Program-made: the position numbers and the translations under genes
Assembly (NCBI RefSeq): GCF_001194135.2
Contig: NC_069005.1
Coordinates: forward strand, 34,724,016 to 34,788,015
Reading direction: 5' to 3'
Length of the DNA stretch: 64,000 nucleotides
DNA from: Octopus bimaculoides
Taxonomy: Eukaryota
Notes under the pieces: model-generated
The model's input: only the letters and a program-made list of their open reading frames with translations
Told to the model about the DNA's origin: nothing
Databases searched by the model: none
Shown: positions 9,903-23,508 of the stretch, piece by piece
Layout: each line of letters opens with the position of its first letter
Numbering within the stretch: the first letter of the stretch is position 1

Positions 9903-12359
9903 CTGGGGGGAAGAGAACGGGTTGAGGGGGCAGAGGGGAGAACAGGAAAAGAAAATACTGAAATAAGTAAAAGATTTGCAATTTATTTAGAAAACCTGTT
10001 GAAACAAAAGAGATTAAAACATACGGGTTCAATGGTGGACCAATATTCATCCCAGGGTTTACCAGCATCCCTATTATACCATCTGGATGGTAGAGCTAAA
10101 CTATCATCTGGTTTTTGTAGAGTCAACTCAGATGGAAATATTTGGTACAAATGTCTGGACTGAAAATAACTTCCTGGAGACAAGGAATAAACGCCATAGG
10201 CACTGTGCCTCCTTCCCAAAAACTCTGCATGGCACTGTGTGACACGGAGTGGTGAATGAGTGTGAGTACATGTTTTAAAAAAACATTCTGTGCAATTCAT
10301 GTTGCCTTATTTAGAAAACTGTTGTTGGATGAGACATATTTAGCCAATTTCAAGCAGCCTGCCATGACCACCTCACAGAACAGTGGATTCTGAGAGAGAG
10401 AGAGAATAACTGACTCCAATATTTGATTGGCACTTTATTTTTTTTTTCGACACTGGATGGCTGAAAGATAAAGTTGACCTCAATGGGATTTGAACCAAAA
10501 TTTAGCATAAAAGTTAATGGAAGACATTTCTCCAAACCTTTTTGAGTGGATTTGGTTGACAGAAACTAGAAGAAGCCTGTTGTGTGTATGTGTCTGTTGG
10601 ACAGATATCCAGCCATAAAAACCATGCCAAAATAGACAGAGGGGTTTGGTGCAGTCCTCTGGCTTGCCAGCTCCGGTCAAACTGTCCAACCCATGCCAGC
10701 ATGGAAGACAGATGTTAATTGATGATGATGATGATGTGTGTGTGTGTGTGCATGTATATTTTTGGCATTCCATGATGGCTGTAAACAAGCGTCTCTGTCA
10801 TACATGCAATGTTTGTTTCGAAAAAGATACCTGGTCATGAGGAAGCATTAACTTGAAAACAGGTGAGGAAAGGCCTCTGGCCAAAGAAAATTTGCTTCAA
10901 TAAATTCCATTTCACTCAAGCAAGCATGGAGAAGTGAACATTAAAAGCTGATGGTGTTGTGATGAGATGGATGGAGATGGAGAATGGATAGATAGACAGA
11001 TAGAGATAAATAGATAGATAGATAGAGATAAATAGATAGACAGACAGATAGAAATAGATAGACAAATAGAGATAGATGGATAGAGAAAGCATGAAAAAAT
11101 GGACATTAAATAATGGTGATATATAAATAGATCCATCCATACATACATATACACACACATATATCAATAGATATAGGAGGAGATAAACGTATTGATATAA
11201 ATAATACTGATCTATTAGGAAGCTAAGACTTGTTACATATTGTTTGTGTTGTAAGCAAACTCTTTTGAATGCAACTGACGTTTTAAAATTCTGTCAGAAT
11301 TAACGAGAAAGGTTGCTAACATAAATAAGACTAGACTTAATGAGTTTCTATCAGCTGCTGAGTAATGTAGCTTGTGTTCCATTATGGCCACACAGGTGAT
11401 ACTATGTCATTGATAAATGGTAATGAGGATTTCCACACTGTCCACAAGACTATTACCACCACCACCACCACTACTTATCTTTAACTTTCTCACACTGCTT
11501 CTAAATAAACTAAGAGGCTTTGGATAGGTTAAACAGGAGTTTGTAATGGATTATACAAGTGTTTACTGATGCAGTTACATACGTACCACCACCACCAATT
11601 ATTAGTAGATTACAGGTATCATCATCATCATCATTAGTATTTATGCTCACAATACAGGAGTCCATGCCAGGTATTTTTTCGGCAAAATACTCCCTGTATC
11701 ATGAAGCCTTGTTTTGTATTGATTCAGTTATTTTACTCACATCAGGAATGATTGGAAAGTTGATCCACAATATTCGGGATTGATTGGTCAAGTTGAGAAA
11801 ATGCAGGACTGAGAAGCATAAGATATGGGCAAAATGTTAAAAGCTATTGATTAAATTAACAACCAGGTCTAACTGGATGGACATGATACACACAACATGC
11901 AACCAGGTGAGGATACATAACCATTCACACTACAGATTTACAGACAGAAATATAAAAAAAGACGAAATGATACAACACTGAGAGGGAAGATTTCACATAA
12001 AAACATTGGAAATTCTGAAAAGAAAGAAAGGGAAAGAAAGAAAGAAGGGCAGGAAAGTGTAGCTAAATATATATTTAAGGAATTTTAAAAATGTTAATAT
12101 GATGAAATTTAATGAAGTTGGAGAATCTAGTTTATTGCTTTCACAGGTCAGAGTTCAAATCCCAGAGTGGAGTCAAATATTAGCTTTTACTCTGCTGGGA
12201 TCACAATATTTATAACTATATTAGGGTCATAGAAAGCACTAAATTCTGCCCAATTCTTTGATCCTCTAAATTCAGACATATCTGCTTACAATAAAATAAA
12301 AATAAAATTGCTACTACTACTACTACTACTATTACTGCTGTTGTTGTTGTTGTTTAGGG

Positions 12360-12560
12360 CTGCAAGGTGGCAGAAATGTTAGCAAAGACTGGACAAACTA
12401 CTGCCAAGAATATCCATCTTTACGTCCTACTTTCAAATTCCACCAAAGCCAATCATCCTACCAGGATTGATAAGTACCAGTCAAGCACTGGGGTCAATGT
12501 AATTGACTTTCTCCTCCCCTCAAACTGGCTTCCTCACAGTTGTCAAAGCAATGGGAAATA
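12360..12560 (+). mobile_element. tRNA-headed SINE, family B (degenerate)
   Basis: GGTGGCAGAAATGTTAGC...TTTCAAATTCC...GATAAGTACCAGTCAAGCACTGGGGTCAATG; homologous to 20566-20779. Confidence 0.65.
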
Positions 12561-13019
12561 CTTATACAAGATACTGTACATTAAGGATTAAACTCAAAGC
12601 TTGCAAAGACAATCTTCTTAACAACAGTCTCCTTCTGTGTTAATCTACCCCACCCCACCCCCATTGATTTATAGAAGAATTTAATCATAGGATAACATGG
12701 TAATAAACTGCCATGTCTGAGACTTCATTCCCCTCATGGAACTACCATGAGATTTCTCCAAAACAGAATGTAAGGAATTCTAAATATGGGAAAACCATTC
12801 AATGGATATTTACGTAGAAGTCACAAAAGAAATTTCCCCAATTGGGACTTGGTCCCCGTGCAACCAGATTCCCAATAAATCTCGAATAGTGAATGTGTTA
12901 AATACCATATCACATTAAACATAAAAGTTTAAAATGAGAGAGAGAACAGTAGCAGACATGGGCAACAATAAACATGTCTGTGGCTGACGGAATAAATTCA
13001 TAAAAAATATTGTAGTTTC

Positions 13020-13420
13020 CCCACTGATTGGCTCTTCTTCTTTTTAGGGTCACAAGAGACTTTAGCCCCTCAGTAATTACTGATACTCTACAAAGCTCAA
13101 GTGAGATCCACAATGGAATATTGTCCACAGTTGAAGAGGCTTCTGCTGCACATTCAGAAAAGGACCACCTGACTGGTTAGCATAAAGTCCTTCACAGACA
13201 CACTTTAACCCCTGGTGTGCTGTCTCCTCTCTCTGCTTCTAGAAATGGCCTCTGCTCCTTGGAATTGGTTGGGTCCATGGCCCCTGCACCACACAGGTCT
13301 TCCCATCTGAATCGAACCTCCTCCTCTCGTCACCCTTGTTGTAGTCAACCCTGCCAGGCCCTACACTAATCACAATGGTCATCCTCTGGAACTCTCTCCC
13401 TGCTCATGTCTCTTTTGTAG
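13020..13420 (+). mobile_element. Decayed CR1/L2-group LINE, RT C-terminal region
   Basis: ILYKAQVRSTMEYCP...TDTL*PL...NGLCSLEL...HP matches the LYKA.VRP.MEY C-terminal block of CR1/L2-group ORF2; stops and frameshifts present. Confidence 0.75.
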
Positions 13421-14059
13421 CTGTTAACTTATAAAAGTTCAAAAGGGAGACTAACAGTATCAACCTTGCTGGTTTAGAAGGGTCTGTAAAGGGCTTAACT
13501 ATCATCCCTTCCCCTACACCAAGCAGATGTAGAAAAAAAGAAAAATAACTAAATACAATACACAGCTATTAAACGTGTAACACACAACTATAGACACACA
13601 CACACACACACACACACACGCAATAATGCTACAATAATATGGTGAGAGCCAGTAGCCTTGCCTGGCATTAATAAATATTGCAAGTGAGATATAGTGCTTC
13701 CTGAAATTTGAAGTGGACAGTTGTTTCAAGTGTAGTGACATGCAGAAAGCAGTATCAAGTAGTTGAAGCATGTAAAAGACATCTTCATTATATTGTTATG
13801 TTCAGTGAAGAGAGAAAACAAACAGGTTTGATATGGACAGCAGTACAAGCGAGTGGAGTGGTTCAGTGGCTGTGATTGTTTCGCCTTCACACAACAACTT
13901 GCAATACTAACACATCTCGTTAACTTTCAAAACACAAAAGCTAATACTTATTCTCATTGCTGCAACAGTGAAAGCAATTTAATCTTAACGATTCTGTCGA
14001 GGCAGATGTTTTCAAAGACCTCACTTGTAATTAAATAACAATGCACAGCTTTTATCTTT

Positions 14060-14425
14060 TACTGGTTTCAGTCATTAGACTGGCCATGCTGGGGCACAGC
14101 CTTCAAGAATTTTTATCCAAATGAATCAATACCAGGACTTATTATTATTTTATTTTATCAGTCTCTTTTGCCAAACTGCTAAGTCATGGGAAAATAAACA
14201 TACCAACACTGGTTGTCAAATGGTGGCAGGGGACAAATACACACACACACACCTCCACGACCGTCTTTCAGTTTCTGTCTACCAAATCTACTCACAAAGC
14301 TTTGGTTGGTCCGAGGCTATAGTAGAAGACACTTGCCCAAGGTGCCCCACAGTGGGACTGAACCCAGAACCAAGCCATCTGGTTGGGAAGCAAACTTTTT
14401 ACCACACTGCCCCGCCTGCACCTAC
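14060..14425 (-). mobile_element. Family-A SINE, near full length
   Basis: Collinear with 3964-4290 and 48370-48760. Confidence 0.8.
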
Positions 14426-15712
14426 AACTACATATCAACTAATAAAAAAGAAAAAAAAGGTAAGGAGGTCGTTGAATGATGTTTCACTGTGATACAATTA
14501 CAACTTGACTGGTTGTATGAATTGGTCACAAATGTTTGAGAGGCTGGAGAAGAGTTAACCGTTTATATTATCTCATCAATAGTCATGATCGGTGTCATGA
14601 CAAAGTACAATATAAAGTTGGTTTTGTTTTTTTTCTACCAATAAAACCTGTACAACTGACAAATATTCTCTTAGTTTCCTCTGCTCAGTTCCAAACATGG
14701 CTGAGTGGAGAGTAAACAGAAACAATCAGATCGGATTGGCTGGATTCCATTTTAGGCAGAAATCTATCACAATTCTCAAACTAAATTGTTTTATGTAAGA
14801 AATTTGTAACATTACAGCTAAGTTGTGACCTTCATGTTTTATCTTAATCTGGCAAACATGAAATAGTTTCTACAAGAAATCTAAAAAATACCAAATAAAA
14901 GTGGAATATTTTATTATTATTATTATTATTACTATTATTATACCAGTGAGACTGCGTTTACCATAGATTTTACAAAGACTTAATGTGCTCTAAGGACATT
15001 CATTGAAGACACCCAAATCCAATCTAACCAACGCTAGAGAGAACCAAATCTACAATGGAACCATTTAGAATCCCCCAGAGATAGGTTGACCAGTTTGCTG
15101 CTTGACATGAGGATATAGTTGGACGGTGCTGCCCCCAGCTCTTCTTCCTCACTGGTGACCAGTGACCTGTGAAGGACTGCAGATAGAGAAAGAAACCTGT
15201 TTTGCTGGCGAAGCTAAACAAGTACAGACATATCACAATAATTGTGGGAACGGTTAGGGAAGAGAGAGAACTGCTGGAAGAGTGGACATTATATCAGAAG
15301 CCAGGTCAGCAGATCAATAGAATTAGTGGAGAGTTGGAGGAAAATGATTTGTGATAGTTATATTCTGAGTTCAAATCTTGCTAAAATCCATTTTGCCTTT
15401 CCTCCTCCTTGTGGAGCCAATAAAATAAAGTAACAGTCAAGCCCTGGAGTTGATTCAATCAACTCTACTACTACTACTACTATTGTGCCTAGTACAATGA
15501 TAGCTGGGTCTAACTGGCCCCTTAAAGCACAAATGACACCAAGAAGTTGTCATCAGGGATTCCTAACCATAGTTTCTTCTTTCTTGAAGAAATCTGAGAG
15601 AAGACCTCAGTCTCAGTTTATCAAATTCTAATTCCATCTCCTGCCGCCAACATCAGAACTGAATGGTTATAATAAGGCTGTTGTCAATAGTGCAAACAGC
15701 TAAAAGACTTAC

Positions 15713-15753
15713 CTCAGCCAATGACCACGAATCAGTCGAGGTAACATCCTATC
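15713..15753 (-). CDS. SPATA22: SPATA22 coding exon 8 (DRMLPRLIRGHWLR)
   Basis: tttccag| ... AG|GTAAGT; matches the DRELPRLIRG motif; 41 nt, phase 0 to 2. Confidence 0.92.
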
Positions 15754-16808
15754 CTGGAAATTTAGAAGAAAAGAGAAACAAACAATATAAGAGAAACAAT
15801 TTATTGGAACAAGAAACCAGGAGACACTGGAGAGAAATCACAGAGAAAACACATCCATCATTCTCTCTCTCATATATGTATATATATATATATAGATATA
15901 TATCCCTTGCTGTCTAATGTTGCCAACATTGAATGCTAGATGTATTTTCCGATAAATTACTGACTGTTATAAACCACTTTAGATTTATTGATAATCCACC
16001 AAACAAACTCAGCAACTATTCCTGACCAAGATTTATTGAACTGTCAGTCTCAACTCAACTCTTCCAGTAATTCTAAACTTAAAATAATCTATTTCTTCTT
16101 TCCATTATCATTCCTAAGTCACTCAACTAAAATTGCTTTCCTCAGCAATCAGCTACAACATGCCAATGTTTGTGCTAGAGAGTGTTTACTCTGTGTGTGT
16201 GTGTGTGTGTGTCTATGGATAGAGTTCAGTGTGAAAGGGGATTATGCTGTGTACAAGGTGAACATTAAACGTTGGGACAAATTAGTAAAAGAGTCCAATT
16301 CAAGGAAACTAGTAATGACCAGCAGAGGTAAAAAGTAATACAAAGAGTTAAAGAGTTGTTGCTTGACTTGTTATAATAAACTACTTCACTCTGCTGTGAC
16401 CAGAGACCATCAAACGTTGCAGTGAAGACAGTCAGAAACCAGCTCTGTGCTTCAATCCGTTGCCATCTCATTAAATATCTTCATCAAACTATTATATAAG
16501 GGGCGTTTTGATGACCCATTCACTTATATTTATTTTTCTTGTTAATTAATTATGCTACTTGCAGTAGAACTTTCATGTAAGTGTTTCCTTCAGTTTTGTA
16601 GCCCTAGTGGCACCCATCTCCCCACAGGATATGGGTGCCACACATTCTCAAGAGGCTGGTCTATCTTTGATAGGTTCCTCTCACCATCCCTTCTCACAGG
16701 GAAAGGTCAGAAGAGGATGAGTTTGGTTGCTGACCACATGACTATGAAAGGTTGTATTGGTTACAAACAGCAGGTTTCTATCAACCTGTGATGGAACTGC
16801 TCCCGATT

Positions 16809-16839
<31 letters not shown>

Positions 16840-17197
16840 TTTGGTAGCTCCAAGAGGTGACTTGATTTAATATCCTCTCTTGGTTCTGGTGTGTCTTTAA
16901 CAATGGAACCACACTCCTGCTCCCTCTCCACCAATGACCAGCAAATATCATGGGCTCTGCCCCCTCTCGTTAAAACCTACACAGATTATATAATCCAGGA
17001 TGCATAGCAAGTGACAACCTTGTCTGTATCATTAATATATAATATATACACACACACACACACACATGAACAATAGAATACCTACAGAAATGTGCACACA
17101 GAGAAACAGCAGCAGCAAAGACTCACAAATGCACATACAATCACAAGACAATACTGAAACTCCACTGGATACACATGTACAACAATAAGGGCATAAT

Positions 17198-17235
<38 letters not shown>

Positions 17236-17868
17236 CAGCACTGACCTCCATAATATTGATACAAACTTATTGATTTCTATCTCATATAATGTCATTGAAT
17301 TATAGTTTTTATCACATTCTGTTGATGATCAACATTGATATAGGGGTGGGGTATTGACAGTGAGGTGGGGAGACAGAGATATATAGTGGCAAGTTGAGGG
17401 GTGGAGGAGAGCTGATTCGTTTGTCATGTCTCCTCCCCCTTCACAGACAAATACACTGATGTGTTTTATAACAGTGTGAGAGTGTAACAGTATAAACACC
17501 AGGTTTGTTGATATGAAACATGGCTGGGTGAGGAAGGAGAGGAAATCATCATCATCATCATTGTCAAGGAGTCAGCAAAGGAACCTCTTCGTGGTTGTTT
17601 GACCTGCCAGAAATAGCAGTCAAATTTCCTTTGGCTCATACGTTATTGTATTTAGGAAAATAAAGAAAAAGTAGAAGTTGGTCACAACTGGGATGCTGCT
17701 GAATCACAGCCGACCTGGGGCTAAACAGTAGCACTAGCAGCTTCATCATCATCATCATCATCACTAGAAAGATAAATAGTATGATCATCTTCAGTGAAGT
17801 GTTGAGATATGATGACAACATGTAATGATATTTAGCAGTTGGGAGGGGGGGAGGGAGGGAGGCCAGGA

Positions 17869-18094
17869 NNNNNNNNNNNNNNNNNNNNNNNNNNNNNNNN
17901 NNNNNNNNNNNNNNNNNNNNNNNNNNNNNNNNNNNNNNNNNNNNNNNNNNNNNNNNNNNNNNNNNNNNNNNNNNNNNNNNNNNNNNNNNNNNNNNNNNNN
18001 NNNNNNNNNNNNNNNNNNNNNNNNNNNNNNNNNNNNNNNNNNNNNNNNNNNNNNNNNNNNNNNNNNNNNNNNNNNNNNNNNNNNNNNNNNNNNN
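17869..18094. other. Assembly gap (N-run); others at 30314-30344, 37549-37712, 50889-51043, 52513-52931, 54980-55068, 60110-60538 and 61462-62100
   Basis: N characters in the sequence; most border microsatellites or homopolymers. Confidence 0.99.
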
Positions 18095-18377
18095 GGGTGG
18101 GGTGGGGTGGTGGAAGGAGGAAGAGAAAGAAGATTTACTTCATAGATAGCCACATGTGAACCTTACATCTCCCGAGCCACTTCTGTGTGTGTGTGTGTGT
18201 GTGGTTCACAATGTAACCCTAAGCTTCAGGGTTTCAATTCCAGTGTATCAACAAAGACATGAGGTCTCTTACTATAAAGCTTTCAGCTGCTACAAACAAT
18301 CACGACCACCACTACTACTGTAGCGGCAATACACCACCACCATCACCACCACCGACACTGCCATCACCATCACCATT

Positions 18378-18409
<32 letters not shown>

Positions 18410-18807
18410 GGTCATCATCATATAGACTCAGAAGTTGCTACTATATCGGGTTATTTATTTATTTATTACACATAACATACACAAGCACACATACACATAA
18501 TACACACATGCATATATGTACATACACACACATCTGTATATACACATAAAACATACACATATATAAACACATTACACACACATACATATGCATATACACA
18601 CACACAAAACTTTCATCATTTTTCAGTCTTCTATGTTTTTTTTTATTTATATATCAGTTGACACTGATAGTGATGGAGACAGTGACAGTGGTGGTGGTGG
18701 ACATTGAGCCCCTTTTTCCATTACTGACCCCACCCCACCCCCCTCACTGAACCCATTGCTAACCTTCCCCTGTCACTCCCCACAGTTCAGCAGCAAAAAC
18801 TACTTAC

Positions 18808-18908
18808 AATTTCATAGAAGACACATTCTATAGAATCCGAATTGTCACGGAGTAAGAACTGTCTGCCAGAGAGGTTACGATCAGGAAGAACGGCAGAATC
18901 CAGCACAC
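18808..18908 (-). CDS. SPATA22: SPATA22 coding exon 7 (GVLDSAVLPDRNLSGRQFLLRDNSDSIECVFYEI), OB-fold core
   Basis: ttctttattgtag| ... ATT|GTAAGT; matches VLDSAV...FLMRD.....CVFYEI; 101 nt, phase 1 to 0. Confidence 0.93.
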
Positions 18909-18924
18909 CTACAATAAAGAAAGG

Positions 18925-19115
18925 AGTATGTAGACCTTAACAGCAGGAAAGAGTATTCAAGTATAAGCAGTAGCAAGGAGTATTTAAGAGATTAGCAGGA
19001 GAGAAGGGTATTTTGATATTAGCAGTAGAGGGAGTATCTAAGAGATAAGCAGGAGACTGAATATAGTGACATACACAAATGCAAAAGTACTCTTGTCTCC
19101 TGCTAATCTCTTGAT
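18925..19115. repeat. Degenerate 24-28 bp minisatellite (AGCAG...GAGTAT...GA(T)A) plus one inverted copy at ~19089-19113
   Basis: About 4.5 units alternating AGCAGGA/AGCAGTAG; CTCTTGTCTCCTGCTAATCTCTTGA is a reverse-complement-like copy of ~18985-19009. Confidence 0.7.
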
Positions 19116-20027
19116 CCAGATCAATTCCAACTGTTTAGTCCTACAAGAAAGCTGAACCGTTTAGCTTTCAGATCGCTCTGTCAAATGTAAGGCATAATTA
19201 TTCATATTGTTTGGAAATTAATCATACATTATATTACAGCTTTGAAATTTCGATGATATGGGTGTATACTTTAAAAATGGCATTGTAGAGTAGGTGTGAG
19301 AGGCTAGATCTGGCTGGTTTGAAACAGGTAGGATATTTGGGTCAGATGTGGCCTGTTTAAATGCTAAAGGGTTAAAGAACATATGTAGCAATAGATGTGT
19401 CACGTTTAATTGTGGCAGTGTTGAGAGATGTCAAATGAATTTCATAATACCATAACCAGGATTTGAACACAAAACTTTATTGTCAATCACTTCAATCAGC
19501 CTTCATCTCTCTAAACTATTTGGTTGTTTTCCTTTATTGTTTTTGATTTCCATGTTTGTAGCGGTTATTGTAGTCATCGTTGTGTTTAGCCTAGATTAGG
19601 CCCGGTTGAGTATACCTAGTCTCCTTTTGTAACATGATTTGAAGGAGAGTTGACTAACTTGATAAAACCTGAGACACTGTGCTATATCCATGTCAATCAT
19701 CGAACCCGACTCTTTACCAGTTGTGCCATTACCACCACCACCACCACTATCACCATCACCATCACCATCATCTATGTAAAACTTAATGAATTGACATCTT
19801 CATCATAATTTGTTGGCAATGCGAAGGAGGAGGTAGCAGATCGTTTCAACAACACTTACAGAACAAACCTCAAAAATTGATTAACCTCAATAGAAGAGAT
19901 TAGAAAGTCAATTACCATTGATGGACTGGCCATACAACCGATCATACGTTTCAGATTTCATTTCCTTTGTGTATCAATCGTGAAGAAATGGAGCCAACAG
20001 ATGCACACACACAGACATTTGTATGTC

Positions 20028-20073
<46 letters not shown>

Positions 20074-20565
20074 CATATAAGACAGATACATTGTAAATAG
20101 CAAAATGTTGAGTGCTTCAAGACAGGGAGTTGGTGTCCCGCTGTTGCTTCAAATTACAGCACTGCCAAGGCTACTGAATGTCACTAATTGCAGCACTGAC
20201 GAAGATACCAAACGACATAAAAGCAGCAGCCATGACAGATGCTCCAGTGCTACAGAAAAAGATTTGAAATGCATTAACATATAATATAATATTGCTGCTG
20301 GATATTCTTCATGTGTGGAAGTGGTTTCAGGTAGGCTTAGTGCTGAAGTCAAAGAAAAATCTTCCACTCAGTGATAATCCCTAGTAATAAAGGCAGCTCA
20401 TGTCAAGTTCATTAGTGTAAGTGTTCAGTAATTCGGATTAATTAGCACTTAGGTATCAGTTTAGCTAGAAATGATTCAGCTTTAAGAATTAGAAACTGGA
20501 AAGTTTGCCAATGCAGCATAAAGGCAAAGGTCCTGCTATAAACTAAAACAGTTGGATCATATTTA

Positions 20566-20779
20566 TTTCTTTATTGCCCACAGGGGGCTAAACAAGGGCA
20601 AAGGGATTAAGTTGATTACATTGACCCCAGTGCGTAACTGGTACTTATTTAATCGACTCCCCCAAAAGGATGAAAGGCAAAGTCGACCTCAGAGGAATTT
20701 GAACTCAGAACATAACGGCAGACAAAATACTGCTAAGCATTTCGCCCGGCATGCTAATGATTCTGCCAGCTCACCACCC
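20566..20779 (-). mobile_element. Family-B SINE, well preserved
   Basis: Reverse complement: GGTGAGCTGGCAGAATCATTAGC (box A-like) ... GAGTTCAAATTCC (box B) ... TAAGTACCAGTTACGCACTGGGGTCAATG. Further copies at ~15250-15440, 25740-25960, 49870-49975, 52270-52460, 53080-53300 and 56370-56550. Confidence 0.8.
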
Positions 20780-22552
20780 TAAAGTTGTGTATATTAATTA
20801 GAGAAGACTGAAATAAAATTAAGACAGAGATAATTTGAAGGCAAAGTTCAAAGTGGAACATGGCAAGTAAGAGCAGTAGAGTACTTAATGAGATGCCTTC
20901 GTTAATTCAGCCTCACTACAGCACTGCCTTACATAATTAAAACCCTTCAGTTGCTGGGAGAAACACAAGACATTAGATATGGTTGTTTGAAGAAAGTCTG
21001 TGCTAAAGCACTTTGATAAATTAATGAGTCTCTCCAAGGATTGAAAGAGAAAATAAGATGAGTTGAGGAAAGGAATCTTATTAAATTGGACAAAATAGGC
21101 AAATCAGTAGATGAAGGAATGGCATATAGGGTTAGGAATAACTAAAACAAACTATTATAAAATGGGGGGGGGAGAAGGTCAGCAGCTGAAATGATGAATC
21201 ATTAATTGAAATAGAATTCAGTTTATCTAACGGGGGGGGGGGATATATTTCAGTTAAACATTAAAGACATTGCTTGGTTAAAACTGTAGAGGGACAAAGT
21301 AAATTTTAAAAGCATTTCAATATAAACTGGATTGTCTGAATGACATGGGTGGGGGGCAAGAATAAGGAACAGATGCAGGTGAAAAATGGGGAACAAAGAG
21401 CACATTTGATAGACTAAGTGAGACAGCAATAACATCATGGTGCATTATGCTGTAGTAGGGGGTGGAGGTGTTAGGTAGTGTATTAATTTACCATAGAAAA
21501 CAGGGATAATTACAAAGAACTTGAGATAATTTAGCAGTGAATTGTTAGGCAAAGAGAACTGAAATAACTACACTGTTAGTCATTAATATTACAACTTTAA
21601 TCAATCTTACACCAGATGACCACCACTACTGACTAGGTTTGTTTCTACTGATTGAGAGAAATTGAAACATTTTCCTTGTAACAGTGTTACATAATGTAGT
21701 GTAATGGTAAACACGTTAATGTGGTAGTATAAGTGGTGGAGATACGAAGGTAGTAGTATAAGTGAGAATGACCAGTTTCCATGGTTACAACAAAAAGTGT
21801 AACATAAAATAGGTGTTGTTGTTTAGCTATAGGTCAGCACTGAACCAACAGACCAATGACTAAGGGCATTCCAGCCATGACCATCCTCTCTATTTACACC
21901 CCCACCCCCCGCCCTACTAAGGGCCAAATGGACCCCTGTTGAGAGCCACTGCTTTACATTGTAATAAAAGCATCTTTTCACTAATTCCACTAAATATTCA
22001 AATGAACCAACAACAACAGAGTTCACCTCTCTCCTTCTTCCCTACAAAACCAATTCTATTTGATGTTTGTCCTGTGGCCCCCAACAGAAGTGAATCGCTA
22101 CAAAGTCACTCAATCCTGCTAGAAATAGCAGTTAAACCACACTCTACTATTTGGATCTGTCATCTACGTAGATTATGTTTGGAAAATAAAATGGCAGGAG
22201 TGTCACAGCTGGACTGTCTTTGATCATAGATCTCCTGGATCAGGGATGAACCAGGGGCGGGGGAATGGGGAATGGGGTCAGACGACAACAAGTAGTTGTT
22301 ATTTCAATGGTTAAGGTGTAAATGTCTGGGTGGGGATCTATCTTCTTTTCTACTTCACCCTGCAACACTGAAACCCCTGCCACCCACTCAATTGCATTGG
22401 TGATTAGAAGGTGTTCATTCCTTATAGAACTCTCTTTCACACAAGTGTAAGGGTAGGGAGATATATATTTCGAATCAAACCGACTCCAAACAAAAGCCGA
22501 GATAACAAACAGGATTTTCCTTCAAATAAAAGCTAAGTCAATATTTACTTAC

Positions 22553-22712
22553 CATAAACTTCACAGATGATATGAAATTTCTCTTTGTACTTCAAGTAGT
22601 TATTTTTCAGTTCTTTGATAAAAGTTGTAAAGATGGGATTGATGGGACTGAGTGCTTTCTCTGTAGGCCTTGGCTTCTTATTGGCTGTGGTGGCCACGCC
22701 ACTCACATTAAC
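22553..22712 (-). CDS. SPATA22: SPATA22 coding exon 6 (VNVSG...KEKFHIICEVY)
   Basis: ttgttcttcag| ... TATG|GTAAGT; open frame; ICEVY-G aligns to LFEVL-(A/G)VLDSAV; 160 nt, phase 0 to 1. Confidence 0.88.
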
Positions 22713-23219
22713 CTGAAGAACAAACAAAACAAGAACCAACTGCAAACAGGGCTCAAAGAGATCACAAAAATGAGTTTTAAGAAAGAAAGTGTGACAGAGT
22801 CAACATTAGTCAACAGTTCAATTATTTGGAAAAATCTAGTCTTTTTTTAATTTTTTTTTATATATATTTTAGGTGGGATGTATTCAGAGAGGGGGTCAAA
22901 TAGAAATTTTTCTTAAAATAGTTTTTAGAAAGAAATTAAAAACCAGAAATGAATAAAAAAAAAAAGTGGTTGAAATTAATTATTCCAGTTGTTGTTGCTA
23001 TGTTGAGGGAAATAAGTTAAAGGATGTCCGTATGAGTAATGTTTGTTTTGGGATGTTAAGGGAATCTAATAACCAACAGGTAAACGGTTCTGATTAGAGA
23101 AGATAGTTCAATAGATTCAATGAGGGAAATAGCATAGTCTTGGGATTGGCTGAAACAGGGAATGAAATAAAAGAACCAATTATTCTATGGCATGGTTGCG
23201 AGGTGATTTATAGAAGCAG

Positions 23220-23450
23220 ACATGGCTGTGTTGTAAGACGTTTGCTTCCCAACCACATGGCTTTGGGTTCAGTCCCATTGCATGGCACCTTGGGTAGGTG
23301 TCGTCTACTATAACACCCCTCCTCCAACACTCTTGTGAGTGGATTCCACAGAGATCGACTTTGCCTTTCATCCTTTCAGGATCGATAAATTAAGTACCAG
23401 TTGCATACTGGGGATCGATCCAAAAATTTCGGCCTTGTGCCTTAAATAGA
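23220..23450 (+). mobile_element. SINE with a family-A head and family-B 3' body
   Basis: CATGGCTGTGTTGTAAG...GGTTCAGTCCC...GGCACCTTGGG followed by GACTTTGCCTTTCATCCTTTC...TAAGTACCAG. Confidence 0.65.
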
Positions 23451-23508
23451 AAATAATATTGTTTTAGCAATCTATAATCAAAGTAAATAGAAAGAATAAA
23501 ACTCAGAC

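Noticed and set aside
15034-15166. Alternative last exon for SPATA22 (RSLVTSEEEELG...GSL*) with a phase-compatible acceptor
   Set aside because: Homology requires HWLR|CVG (exon at 9902); this segment shows no SPATA22 similarity. It cannot be excluded as a minor isoform.
16265-16471. ORF containing SWFLTVF, reminiscent of TBC RabGAP domains
   Set aside because: An isolated 7-residue match with no splice sites or other TBC motifs.
11750-17720. Other minus-strand AG/GT-bounded segments (~11751-11818, ~13660-13700, ~17640-17720)
   Set aside because: They are not needed by, and do not fit, the homology-anchored exon chain.
18925-19060. Regularly spaced repeats as a possible CRISPR-like array (also 39965-40290, 58055-58215)
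   Set aside because: Units are degenerate and contiguous with no unique spacers, there are no cas genes, and the context is eukaryotic.
20720-20779. tRNA-like box A/box B sequences
   Set aside because: These are SINE heads followed by SINE bodies; no complete cloverleaf or anticodon arm is evident.
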